A stretch of 64,000 nucleotides of DNA from Methanothrix sp. GTDB lineage: Archaea; Halobacteriota; Methanosarcinia; Methanotrichales; Methanotrichaceae. This document shows, in pieces, positions 38,976 through 48,050 of the stretch. The notes under the pieces were generated by a model. The model did no database searches, was not told the DNA's origin, and was given only the letters and a program-made list of their open reading frames with translations. Within the stretch, counting starts at the first letter, position 1. Each line of letters starts with the position of its first letter. The stretch spans positions 1,728,001 through 1,792,000 of the forward strand of contig OY821645.1 in NCBI GenBank assembly GCA_963682135.1, given 5' to 3'. The translations under genes were made by a program, and so were the position numbers.

Positions 38976-39512
38976 ATGAAACTGAAAATTCGGATTATCG
39001 GTCCCAAAGTGCATGACGTAGGCTACAGATACTTCCTGCTGGGCATCGCCATGTCCAACAGAATCAGAATGTTCGAGGCACATAATACAAAAAGCGGCGA
39101 ATGCGAAGAAGTCGTGGTCTTTGCAGATGGTGAGGACGCGGCAATCAAGGCATTCTGCCGCCAGGTGGAGACCGAGCGTCCAGCTCGCTCTGAAGTGTCA
39201 AATATAGTCATTGATGGCTTCGATGGCGAAGTCATGAAAATTGGGGAGTATGCTCAGTTCTGCACCACAGTCCAATTGAACAAGGCTATCCCCGTGCTTC
39301 TTGACCTAAGAGATAGCATGCATGATGTAAGGAAGAATACCGCCGTCACGCCTCAAATCCTGGATGAGATCAAAGCGGTGCGGAAAACCACAGACGCGAC
39401 GCACGAAGAAATCAAAGGATTGAGAGAGGACATTCAACCAGGATATGGGATGACTCTAAGACAGGTGCAGACTGATGTCCGAGCGATAAAAGAACGCTTG
39501 GGCATGCAGTAA
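38976..39512 (+). CDS. Acylphosphatase-like domain plus C-terminal coiled coil
   Basis: IIGPKVHDVGYR, PARSEVS; C-terminal EIKAVR..EEIKGLREDI..DVRAIKERLG. Confidence 0.85.
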   Translation: MKLKIRIIGPKVHDVGYRYFLLGIAMSNRIRMFEAHNTKSGECEEVVVFADGEDAAIKAFCRQVETERPARSEVSNIVIDGFDGEVMKIGEYAQFCTTVQLNKAIPVLLDLRDSMHDVRKNTAVTPQILDEIKAVRKTTDATHEEIKGLREDIQPGYGMTLRQVQTDVRAIKERLGMQ

Positions 39513-39541
39513 TCTTGCCATCACCAGGGACCACCATTAAC

Positions 39542-40618
39542 TCATGCCACCTCCCTTCTCAGCATGAGCGTTGCCGCTGCAAAGAAGACCAGGAAGAATA
39601 CCACCAGCGCCAGCAGGTCCGGGTAGAGGATATCTGTAATTCCGGCCCCTTTGAGCATCACGGCCCGAAGAGCATCTGCTGCATAGGTGAGGGGCAGAAT
39701 GTAGGAGATGGGCCGGATGAACTCGGGCACAGACTGCAGGGGCCACCAGATGCCGCAAAGCACAATCTGGGGCGTGATGATGAGCGGTATGAACTGCACC
39801 ACCTGAAACTCGCTTCGGGCGAAGTTGGAGAAGAAGGAGCCCAGGACCAATGCCCCGGCCCCCAATATGAGCACCACGAACAGAGCTGTGAGAGGACTGC
39901 CCTTCATGGGCACGCCAAAGCCGATGGTGACCACTGACAGGGTGGTCGCTGACTGCAGGATGGTGAAGAGAGAGAAGCCCAGGACGTAGCCGGATACCAT
40001 CTCCTCCCGGCTGAGGGGCGAGACCATGAACTTCTCCAGCGTCCCTTGCGACCTCTCCCGGATGAAGGCAATGGCAGCGTTGATGAAGGTGAAGAAGAAG
40101 ACCACCAGGCCAAGGATTGCCGGACCCACCGTATCCATCATCTCCAGGTCATAGCCGAAGATGTAGCGCGTTACAATGGAGCTTTCCGCTCCTTTCAGCT
40201 GTACGGCTGTCTCCTGTCCGGCCAACTCCCTGGCTACGCCAGCCTGAACCGCTGCGCTAATTGCCCCCGAGATCTGCAGGCTGCTGGCATCCAGCAGTAC
40301 CCGCACGCCTTCCGGCTGCAAGACCACGGCCCCGTTTAGCCTCCCTTCCTTGATCAGCCTCTCTGCATCCGATTCGGACCTCAAATGGAGAAGATCGAAG
40401 TCCGAGATAGACTCGATGTGCGAGCGCAGGCCAGCGTGGCCGCCCCCGTCCACCAGGCCCAGGGCCACGCCGCTCATATCTCCGGAGAGGGCATAGCCGA
40501 AGAGGATCATGAGCACAATCGGGGCGAATACTATCAGCCCGATGGTGCGCCGGTCTCTCTTCAGTTGCCGCACCACTCGCAGGGCCACCACGCCTGCGCG
40601 GCCCAAGGCCGGCCTCAT
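39542..40618 (-). CDS. ABC-2 type transporter permease
   Basis: RDRRT, RERSQGTLEKFMVSP, LPLTYA. Confidence 0.93.
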   Translation of the reverse strand: MRPALGRAGVVALRVVRQLKRDRRTIGLIVFAPIVLMILFGYALSGDMSGVALGLVDGGGHAGLRSHIESISDFDLLHLRSESDAERLIKEGRLNGAVVLQPEGVRVLLDASSLQISGAISAAVQAGVARELAGQETAVQLKGAESSIVTRYIFGYDLEMMDTVGPAILGLVVFFFTFINAAIAFIRERSQGTLEKFMVSPLSREEMVSGYVLGFSLFTILQSATTLSVVTIGFGVPMKGSPLTALFVVLILGAGALVLGSFFSNFARSEFQVVQFIPLIITPQIVLCGIWWPLQSVPEFIRPISYILPLTYAADALRAVMLKGAGITDILYPDLLALVVFFLVFFAAATLMLRREVA

Positions 40619-41526
40619 GCCGCCTCCGAGAGACGCAGGAATGCCTCTTCCAGCCGCGGCTCCGCCAGCCTCATGTCCAGAGGCATGGCGACTTCCAGGA
40701 TCTCTTTGATCTGGGCATGGCTCTCCAGGCGGACCTGCACTATGCCGTCTTTGATATCAATTTCATAGCCCTGGGCTGCAAGAAGAGACGCATCCTTTTC
40801 CGGCTCTGCCAGCCAGAGCTTAAGCAGGGGCCGCAGGCCTGCCAGGCGCAGGATCTCCTCAGGGCTGCCCTCCGCCATCATCCTTCCGCCGCGCATGTAG
40901 CCCACTCTCTGGCATTTCTCAGCTTCATCCATGAGGTGAGTGGTGATGAGCACCGTCTTTCCCTCCTTCGTCAGCCTGCCGAAATAATCCCAGAATGTCT
41001 GGCGCAGCCGTGGGTCGACGCCCACAGTGGGCTCGTCCAGCAAGAGCAGCTCCGGCTCGTGGATGAGGGTGCAGGCCAATGATAGCCTCTGGTACATGCC
41101 GCCTGAGAGCGCCCCGGCCAAACGGCTGCGGTGCTCAGAGAGGTCGACCATTTCCAGCAGTTCGGTTATTCTCTCCTCACGCTTCTGGCCGACAATGCCG
41201 TACAGCCCGGCATAAAACTCCATATTCTCCTGCAAAGTCAGGTCGGGATAGAGGGCTTTGTGCTGGGTCATGTAGCCGATGGCAGAATAGATGCGGTTTA
41301 CATCAGAAACCGGCGTATTCAGCACCGATAGGTCTCCTCCGTCTAAACGTAGCAGCCGGACGATAGCCCGGATGAAGGTGGTCTTGCCGGAGCCGTTCGG
41401 CCCCAATAGGCAGTAGGTCACCCCTGATGGGATGTCTACAGTCAGCTCGTCCAGCACCCGCAACTTCCCAAAGCTCTTGACCACTCCTCGAGCCGAGATC
41501 GCTGGGCTTCGATCTATCTTCGCCAT
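40615..41526 (-). CDS. ABC transporter ATP-binding protein
   Basis: GPNGSGKTT, LSGGM, LLLDEPT, TTH. Confidence 0.96.
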   Translation of the reverse strand: MAKIDRSPAISARGVVKSFGKLRVLDELTVDIPSGVTYCLLGPNGSGKTTFIRAIVRLLRLDGGDLSVLNTPVSDVNRIYSAIGYMTQHKALYPDLTLQENMEFYAGLYGIVGQKREERITELLEMVDLSEHRSRLAGALSGGMYQRLSLACTLIHEPELLLLDEPTVGVDPRLRQTFWDYFGRLTKEGKTVLITTHLMDEAEKCQRVGYMRGGRMMAEGSPEEILRLAGLRPLLKLWLAEPEKDASLLAAQGYEIDIKDGIVQVRLESHAQIKEILEVAMPLDMRLAEPRLEEAFLRLSEAA

Positions 41527-41533
41527 TAGCAGA

Positions 41534-42628
41534 TCAGCTCTTGCCCCTTCTCTTGATTATTATCAGCGCGGCCGCACCCAGCACTATGAGGATGACTAAT
41601 GCAGCCGCCAGCGGCTCAGCGGTGCTCTGCGGCTCAATCTCAATGTAAGCGTTCTCCGAGTCAAAGAGATCATCCCGGAAGCTGTCGGAAAAGTCGAAGA
41701 GTACTTTAAGCTGGTATCTCTTGGCGGCAACGGCATCCTGGGACACATCCAGCTTGAAGATGAGATCCGCTTCCTCTCCCGGCAAGAGAAGAGGAATAGG
41801 CGACTCGTCCATGCTCACATATATGCCGCTCTCGGGCTCAAGCTTGGCCACCAGGTCCCGGGCCTTGTCATGGCCGATATTTTTTATGCGGATCTTTACC
41901 ACATTGTCCTTCGAGCCCACTGCGAGAGTTGACGGGCTCACATCCATGATCTTATACTCTGCTCCACTCCTCCGCTCGACTTTGAGCGTCAGGGGAATGG
42001 TCTGGCTGAGGGTTTCATACCAGTAGTAGACATCAGGATTTTCCGGACGATCCTCATCACCCACTACCGAGACATCTTTTTGATAGGTGTAATTGACCAG
42101 GGCATTGAGCTGGTAGATGCCTGGCCTTGTATTTTTGTATGCCTCAATGGGAAACTCCAACCGGGCAGAGGTCTGGCCCTCCCGGATGCTGCCGGGAAAG
42201 GCCACGGCACGTTTGATGTCTATGGCGCTCTCGTTCTCGGCTACCAGGAGAATGGACACATCCTGGGCAATAGTTCTCTGCTTTTCCAGCTCTTGCTCGC
42301 GTTCTGCTGCCAGGATCTCCTCTTTTTTATTGGCCCCCGGCTCCTCGTTGACCTCGAAGGCCACAATCCGTCCCCGGTTGGTGAGGGTGACGAAGAGCGA
42401 TGTCGCTTCACCCTGATCGACATTGGAGCGTTCCAATGAGAGGGTCAAATTGGGCGTTCCATAGACCTTGTAGTAGTCGTCCCCAAACTCTTCCGGCGGT
42501 ATGGGCGCTCCCGCTTCAAGTGCCAGGGCGCTCTGGAAGACTGTGCCCGCTAAAAGCAGAGCAAATATACACAACAATCCGGAAAAGAGGGCAGATCGGA
42601 AGAGATTATTTATTATCATCGTATCCAT
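41534..42628 (-). CDS. COG1361 S-layer-like Ig-domain protein with C-terminal TM anchor
   Basis: Signal peptide, KNIGHDKARD motif, C-terminal TM plus KRR; upstream of the ABC genes. Confidence 0.8.
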   Translation of the reverse strand: MDTMIINNLFRSALFSGLLCIFALLLAGTVFQSALALEAGAPIPPEEFGDDYYKVYGTPNLTLSLERSNVDQGEATSLFVTLTNRGRIVAFEVNEEPGANKKEEILAAEREQELEKQRTIAQDVSILLVAENESAIDIKRAVAFPGSIREGQTSARLEFPIEAYKNTRPGIYQLNALVNYTYQKDVSVVGDEDRPENPDVYYWYETLSQTIPLTLKVERRSGAEYKIMDVSPSTLAVGSKDNVVKIRIKNIGHDKARDLVAKLEPESGIYVSMDESPIPLLLPGEEADLIFKLDVSQDAVAAKRYQLKVLFDFSDSFRDDLFDSENAYIEIEPQSTAEPLAAALVILIVLGAAALIIIKRRGKS

Positions 42629-42678
42629 ATAATCAGAAGCAACAATCTATATAACTTTGTTGTCACTAACGTAGTTAC

Positions 42679-43401
42679 ATGCGAGAAGAAATCGTTGGTG
42701 GCTTGCGAAAGCTGGGTCTGACGGAGTATGAGGCCAAAGCCTATGCGGCATTGGTGGGCATGGGAGAGGCCTCGGCGAGAGAGATTCACGAGCTATGCGG
42801 CGTTCCCAGAACCAGGATTTATGATATCCTCCGGGATCTGGCTGGAAAGGGCTTTGTGGAGTATGTGCAGGGCTCGCCCTCCTCCTACCGAGCGGTGGAA
42901 CCTGACCGGGTCATTGAAAAGCTGCGAAATGAGCTGGTGGCATCCATCGATCAATCAACGAGCGAGCTATTGAGTCTCAATCTAGAGGCGCATGGCAGCT
43001 CACCCGTCTGGTGCGTGCGAAGCGAGTGGGGCATAAAAAACAGAATCCGGGATTTTCTCGACAACGTGGAACAAGAGCTGATCATCTTTTGCCGCAGCCC
43101 GTCGCTCTTGAGCGAGCACAGGACGGACCTGAAAAGAGTGCCGGACCTTAAGATCAAAGTAGACCGAAAAGAAAAATTCGAGGGCATAGACTTGGATATT
43201 CAAGAGATGAAAGAGGGTTCGGAGAGGTATTTTAAAGACTACGTCATCGATGGTGCCAGCAATAGCATAGACGGCCTGATGATCGCCGACGGTTGCTCCT
43301 CGATCGTCATCGGCACCGTTGGCGGGGAGCGGCTGGCCGTGATCATCAAGCTTCCTGTGGTGGCCATGCTGCAAAAAGCAGTTTGGGAATCACTGGTCTA
43401 G
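42679..43401 (+). CDS. TrmB family transcriptional regulator
   Basis: LGLTEYEAKAY, GVPRTRIYDIL..L..KGFV; divergent from the ABC operon. Confidence 0.93.
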   Translation: MREEIVGGLRKLGLTEYEAKAYAALVGMGEASAREIHELCGVPRTRIYDILRDLAGKGFVEYVQGSPSSYRAVEPDRVIEKLRNELVASIDQSTSELLSLNLEAHGSSPVWCVRSEWGIKNRIRDFLDNVEQELIIFCRSPSLLSEHRTDLKRVPDLKIKVDRKEKFEGIDLDIQEMKEGSERYFKDYVIDGASNSIDGLMIADGCSSIVIGTVGGERLAVIIKLPVVAMLQKAVWESLV

Positions 43402-43887
43402 CGGGAGATAAAATATCACATCCTCATCAGGAACGCAGGCCACGGCAAAACCGCGCTCTTTTAGACGGAAGCAGACCGCTACCATCAGTTCCTCCAGGCA
43501 CTCGTTATGATGCTCAACGGCCAGACCCTTGAACTTTTCAAAGCCGCCGGTGATCATGTTCTCCTCAAACTCTGCCTCAGGCAAGACGACCTCCATTTTC
43601 GTCTCCACCTCCAGGCACAGGCCGAACTCCCCAGCAGCCTTTTCCAGAAGGCGATAGAATTCATCATAATTCATGGTGGAGAGAACTGCCTCTGCCCGGC
43701 TGCCACGGTCTTTGGGGTCCTTTCTGGCTAAATAGATATGATAGCCTGCGTCGTCAATCGTTTCCAGTTCCTGGCCGGATGAGATCTGCTCGGCTGCCTT
43801 TTCCATTGCCTGAAGATGCCTTTCCAGATCTTGCATCACCCGTTGAGAGATCACCAAAAGCTCATTCTTGCGTTTTTGTGCGGACAC
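43390..43887 (-). CDS. Hypothetical protein
   Basis: 165-aa ORF with AGGAG RBS; acidic; no family recognised. Confidence 0.7.
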   Translation of the reverse strand: MSAQKRKNELLVISQRVMQDLERHLQAMEKAAEQISSGQELETIDDAGYHIYLARKDPKDRGSRAEAVLSTMNYDEFYRLLEKAAGEFGLCLEVETKMEVVLPEAEFEENMITGGFEKFKGLAVEHHNECLEELMVAVCFRLKERGFAVACVPDEDVIFYLPLDQ

Positions 43888-44002
43888 AACACCGGCTCCT
43901 TGTTCTTAATCATTGAGACAAACAACATTTGGATGCCATCTCATTAGCCTGGCAAACTATTAATATTCCTCATCTTTTTCTGAATCAGGAGGATAAGAAG
44001 AT

Positions 44003-44836
44003 TTGAATAAGGACTGCCATCTGGACCCGGAAGAGCTGGAGTTTTGGGAGAGCCAGAAGAGGTGCGGAGAAGATGTTGACCTCAAGCTGGCACGTGATCT
44101 GCCTGACGATACGCCCGATTTCATATTGAAAATGATGGGTGATTTCGAGGAGGGCGCAGCAGATTTCTGCTTTTCCGGGGCGCAAGGCCGGGTCCTGGAT
44201 GCAGGCTGCGGCAATGGCAATCTGCTTCTGAGGGCACTGAAAAATAGAAAAGGCCAGGCAAGGGCGGAAAGAGAAGCCTTGCAGGTCATAGGCATGGACT
44301 TCTCCGGCAACATGCTGGGCCGGGCGGCCCTTCGAGCGGGGGGCGATGAAAGGGCCGGCTTTTTGCAGGGTTCTGTGACCAGCCTACCTTTCCGGGATCA
44401 GTCCTTCGAGCGGGTGGTAAGCAGCGGTGTATTGACCTGCTTGCCCAATACACAGGCCGCAGCAAGAGCTTTGCAGGAATTTTATCGAGTATTAAAACCG
44501 GAAGGGATTTTGGTTGTGGACTTCTTTTCCCGCACCTCCCACTATACCCTGATCAGGAAGCATCTCTTCAGGGAAGCGATAAATCCTCCGGAATATGTCT
44601 CGCCGAAGGAGTTTCAAAGAGCATTGGAGGATGCAGGCTTCGCGGTTCTCTCCTGCCGCGGTTTTGACTTCAAACCCTGCCAGGGATACCTCTTCCTGAG
44701 CCATTGGCGAAGAGTAATCGATCCGGGCTATTTTCAGGAGAGGCTCTCTTGCTTTCTGGAACGCAAGGTACTGCCCGGGAGGCAGAGGCTCAATCTCCTG
44801 GGCTACCGGATATATGTAAAATGCATCAAGAAATAG
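44003..44836 (+). CDS. Class I SAM-dependent methyltransferase
   Basis: VLDAGCGNG, GMDFS, LPFRDQSF, RVLKPEG. Confidence 0.92.
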   Translation: MNKDCHLDPEELEFWESQKRCGEDVDLKLARDLPDDTPDFILKMMGDFEEGAADFCFSGAQGRVLDAGCGNGNLLLRALKNRKGQARAEREALQVIGMDFSGNMLGRAALRAGGDERAGFLQGSVTSLPFRDQSFERVVSSGVLTCLPNTQAAARALQEFYRVLKPEGILVVDFFSRTSHYTLIRKHLFREAINPPEYVSPKEFQRALEDAGFAVLSCRGFDFKPCQGYLFLSHWRRVIDPGYFQERLSCFLERKVLPGRQRLNLLGYRIYVKCIKK

Positions 44837-44934
44837 AGTCATTATCCTTCAAGCTCGCCTATTTCTAACATATTTTTGATCTGATATTTGAATCCGAATA
44901 AGAAAAAAGAGGACGATGAGATCTTCATCGCCAT

Positions 44935-46071
44935 TTAGAAATGAAACTCAATGTGGAAGGGTATGTAGAAGATCCACACGAAGTATATTGCCATCAGGAC
45001 AAGCCCCAGAGGAACGCCGAGCTTGGCCCATTCCTTGCTGGAGATGCCCAGCTTTCCGGCAGAGATGATATTGGGGATGTTGCCGGGGATGAGCATGCCT
45101 CCAGCGATAAGCAGGCCCATGAGAACTGCCTGAATCTGAACCATGCTCATGGCCGGGCTGATCTCAGCCGCAGTCAGGGTGGCATTATCCAGAATGGCAG
45201 AAACCATGTTAACCCAGTAGAGAATCTCAGGAGATATGCCGAGGACGTATTTGTCTATTACTACCTTCATGCCGCCGCCCAAAAGCAGGAGCGCCATGAC
45301 GAAGACATAGACCTTAATTGCCCTGATTACCACATCTTTCAGGCCGCCGTCCTCTTCTTCGCTGGCTTTGCATTCCAAGGCCTTGGCTTTGCCGGTAAAG
45401 AACATGGCAAGAAGACCCATGGCCAGACAACCGGGTATGATGTAGATGGCTAGCTGGTTGAAGAGGAAGAAGAATCCTGCGTTGAAAGGCTCTCCCTGCA
45501 GCTTGGTGATGGCAATGGTGGAAAGAGGCTCGCCTACCGGCGTAAGCACTGCACCCAGGCCAATGGAGAAGCAGGCGATGATGACCAGATTGATCTTGGT
45601 CTGCCGGTCAAAGGGCATGCAGTTCATGAGCTCTACCAGGAGCAAAGAGGCAATGATGGCCGTTATGACGCTGGAAGACAATCCCAAAATAGCCACAATC
45701 AAGAATACAATTATCTTAACGGGAATCACTTTGGTGATGGAATTCATTGCCTTCTGTACGGAAGATTTTCCATAATGGAAGAGAAGGCCTGCCACCAGAA
45801 CCGCAGGGACTATTCCCTTTACTACCGGCTCTTTGATTGCTTCCATGACGATCTCACTGTTCCAGCCGATAAGCTCGGCCTGGTGTTCGGTGTACTTCAG
45901 GGATTCTATCAAAACCTCTTTGTTGTAGAAGCTGGATATCGTTACTGCCAATACTCCCATAACGAACAGGAATACCTCAAGGTTGTGCTCGATCTTCTTG
46001 ACCATGAATGGTCCGACGAGCACAATTAGCACTATGGCAAATAAGCCAAGGTCTAGTGGGTCAAATTGCAC
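44935..46071 (-). CDS. DUF1646 family membrane protein (putative cation transporter), paralog 1
   Basis: EHNLEVFLF, GLGAVLTPVGEPLSTIA, SAILDNATLTAAEI, GGMLIPGNIPNII; GTG 46071 after GGAGG. Confidence 0.9.
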   Translation of the reverse strand: MQFDPLDLGLFAIVLIVLVGPFMVKKIEHNLEVFLFVMGVLAVTISSFYNKEVLIESLKYTEHQAELIGWNSEIVMEAIKEPVVKGIVPAVLVAGLLFHYGKSSVQKAMNSITKVIPVKIIVFLIVAILGLSSSVITAIIASLLLVELMNCMPFDRQTKINLVIIACFSIGLGAVLTPVGEPLSTIAITKLQGEPFNAGFFFLFNQLAIYIIPGCLAMGLLAMFFTGKAKALECKASEEEDGGLKDVVIRAIKVYVFVMALLLLGGGMKVVIDKYVLGISPEILYWVNMVSAILDNATLTAAEISPAMSMVQIQAVLMGLLIAGGMLIPGNIPNIISAGKLGISSKEWAKLGVPLGLVLMAIYFVWIFYIPFHIEFHF

Positions 46072-46396
46072 AATTATTCCCTCCAATATCAATGATCTCT
46101 AGATCCTTTGAAAGCAAGAGACCATGCCATTGCGAGTCCATTTTCGGATCTGTCTGGAGCGTTATGATTATTAGGTTTTTAACTCTTTTGGTAAAAAAGG
46201 TAAAAAGGTAAAAAAGCAATTATCCAAAACAAATATGGGTTTATATTGAATATGGTGGCATTCCTAGAAGAGATTTAAGCAAAATAGCCAAAATTACCCC
46301 TATAAAAGCCAAAAGCATTTAATATTGGGAGAGCATCCGACTAGCAAACTCTCTACGAGAGAGCGGATGTAGGATTAATAGTAATGAGGTGGTCTA

Positions 46397-47506
46397 ATGG
46401 TTACTGTACTTGGTGAGGTTGTAACTCAAGTAGATATGCTATTGGCAGTTATAGCCCTACTGGTTTTGATATTCCCCTTTAAAGTCAAGATAGTTGAGCA
46501 GAATTTGGAAGTATTTCTATTTATAATGGGCGCAGCAGCGGTCACTGTGACCAACAAGTGGACAATGGAAGTAATCACGACAGCAGCAGAAGAGCCCATA
46601 ATGAAGGGCATTGTGCCTGCCGTCTTGGTGGCTGGATTCATATTCCTCTATGGACAGAAGGCCTTCCAGAGCTTCATGGGCGGCCTGGTCAAGAAGATGA
46701 ACCTGGGCGTAATCATATTTATCTCAACCTTTATTCTGGGACTGATATGCTCCGTCATCACAGCCATCATCTCCTCGCTCTTCCTCTGCGAGATCGCCAA
46801 TACCCTGCCCCTGGACCGAAAGAACAAGATCAATTATGTGATCATTGCCTGTTTTGCCATTGGTCTGGGCGCTGTGCTTACCCCCCTGGGCGAGCCTCTG
46901 TCCACCATCGCCATATCCAAGCTATCAGGAGCACCCCTGTATGATGGCGGCCCAGGTAATGCTGGCTTCTTCTACCTATTCGATCAGCTCGGCATTCTGA
47001 TCATCCTGGGCGTCTTGCTTTGCTCTATCTTTGCCATGTACTACATCAAGCCGACCAAGGGCAAGGTTGAGCAGATGGGCAGCACCGAGGAGGGAAGCGT
47101 CAAAGAGGTTCTCATAAGAACTCTCAAGGTTTATGCCTTCGTGGCAGCTCTCTTCCTCCTGGGCGCGGGAATGGAGGTGCTCATATTCAAGTATTTCACC
47201 AAGATCCCGGATTACGTCCTCTTCTGGGTGAACATGATCTCCGCCATTCTGGATAACGCCACGTTGACAGCGGCTGAAATATCCAAGGCCCTGACCCAGA
47301 AGCAGATTAATGCAGCACTCTACGGTCTGCTTATCTCCGGCGGCATGCTCATCCCCGGCAACATCCCCAATATCATCTCTGCCGGCAAGTTGGGCATCAC
47401 CAGCAGCGAGTGGGCAAAACTTGGTGTACCATTTGGATTGGTACTCAACGCCCTGTATTTCGTAGTAGTATTCATTATGGGAATTAATCCCACAATTGGG
47501 CTCTAA
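46397..47506 (+). CDS. DUF1646 family membrane protein, paralog 2
   Basis: Same motifs as paralog 1; RBS GAGGTGG. Confidence 0.9.
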   Translation: MVTVLGEVVTQVDMLLAVIALLVLIFPFKVKIVEQNLEVFLFIMGAAAVTVTNKWTMEVITTAAEEPIMKGIVPAVLVAGFIFLYGQKAFQSFMGGLVKKMNLGVIIFISTFILGLICSVITAIISSLFLCEIANTLPLDRKNKINYVIIACFAIGLGAVLTPLGEPLSTIAISKLSGAPLYDGGPGNAGFFYLFDQLGILIILGVLLCSIFAMYYIKPTKGKVEQMGSTEEGSVKEVLIRTLKVYAFVAALFLLGAGMEVLIFKYFTKIPDYVLFWVNMISAILDNATLTAAEISKALTQKQINAALYGLLISGGMLIPGNIPNIISAGKLGITSSEWAKLGVPFGLVLNALYFVVVFIMGINPTIGL

Positions 47507-47523
47507 TTAGGGCTCAAGATCCA

Positions 47524-47539
47524 TTTTTTTTTTTTTTTT
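47524..47539 (+). terminator. T16 tract terminator
   Basis: 16 consecutive T, 17 nt after the stop codon. Confidence 0.6.
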
Positions 47540-47651
47540 GATCGCATTCCGTCAATATCTATATTGATTAGATTTCAATTGATCATCCAGAAACGCGGTC
47601 CGGCAAAAAGGCTACTTTAAAAAAGTTCAAGTTGGTCTTCGTCTTGCAGCT

Positions 47652-47912
47652 TTATTCTTGGGGATCTTCTTCGGGGGCTGATTGCACCGCCAGAATTTGC
47701 TTCTTTGCACCCATCTCTAATGCCTTGACGTGCCTACGCAGGAAGTATCCGGCCATGCAGATTACAACACCGCCCATCTCCAGTACAACGACAGTAGAAT
47801 TATGGATGCTCGCTGCGAGGAGAAGATCCCAGGCCACTAACATGGCCAGCAAGCCTACTAATATCAATAGTATTGCAGCCACTTTTAAAAATATATTATA
47901 CTTTGTATTCAT
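47652..47912 (-). CDS. Small two-TM membrane protein
   Basis: Two hydrophobic helices; GGCGAG upstream of ATG. Confidence 0.65.
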   Translation of the reverse strand: MNTKYNIFLKVAAILLILVGLLAMLVAWDLLLAASIHNSTVVVLEMGGVVICMAGYFLRRHVKALEMGAKKQILAVQSAPEEDPQE

Positions 47913-48050
47913 ATCTCGCCTTACCTATGGGTTTGACCTGCCTGAATATGAACATTTGCCAGGATAATTCTTGCGGCATGTCAAGGTGTAATCGCTAATT
48001 AGCTTTGATGCCCTGCATTTTTGGGAATATCTGGATGCAGGGACATGCTG

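Noticed and set aside
38079-39083. Long antisense ORFs (also 25654-26802, 27869-28873, 10487-11401, 13816-14679)
   Set aside because: Shadows of GC-rich genes on the opposite strand; no protein motifs
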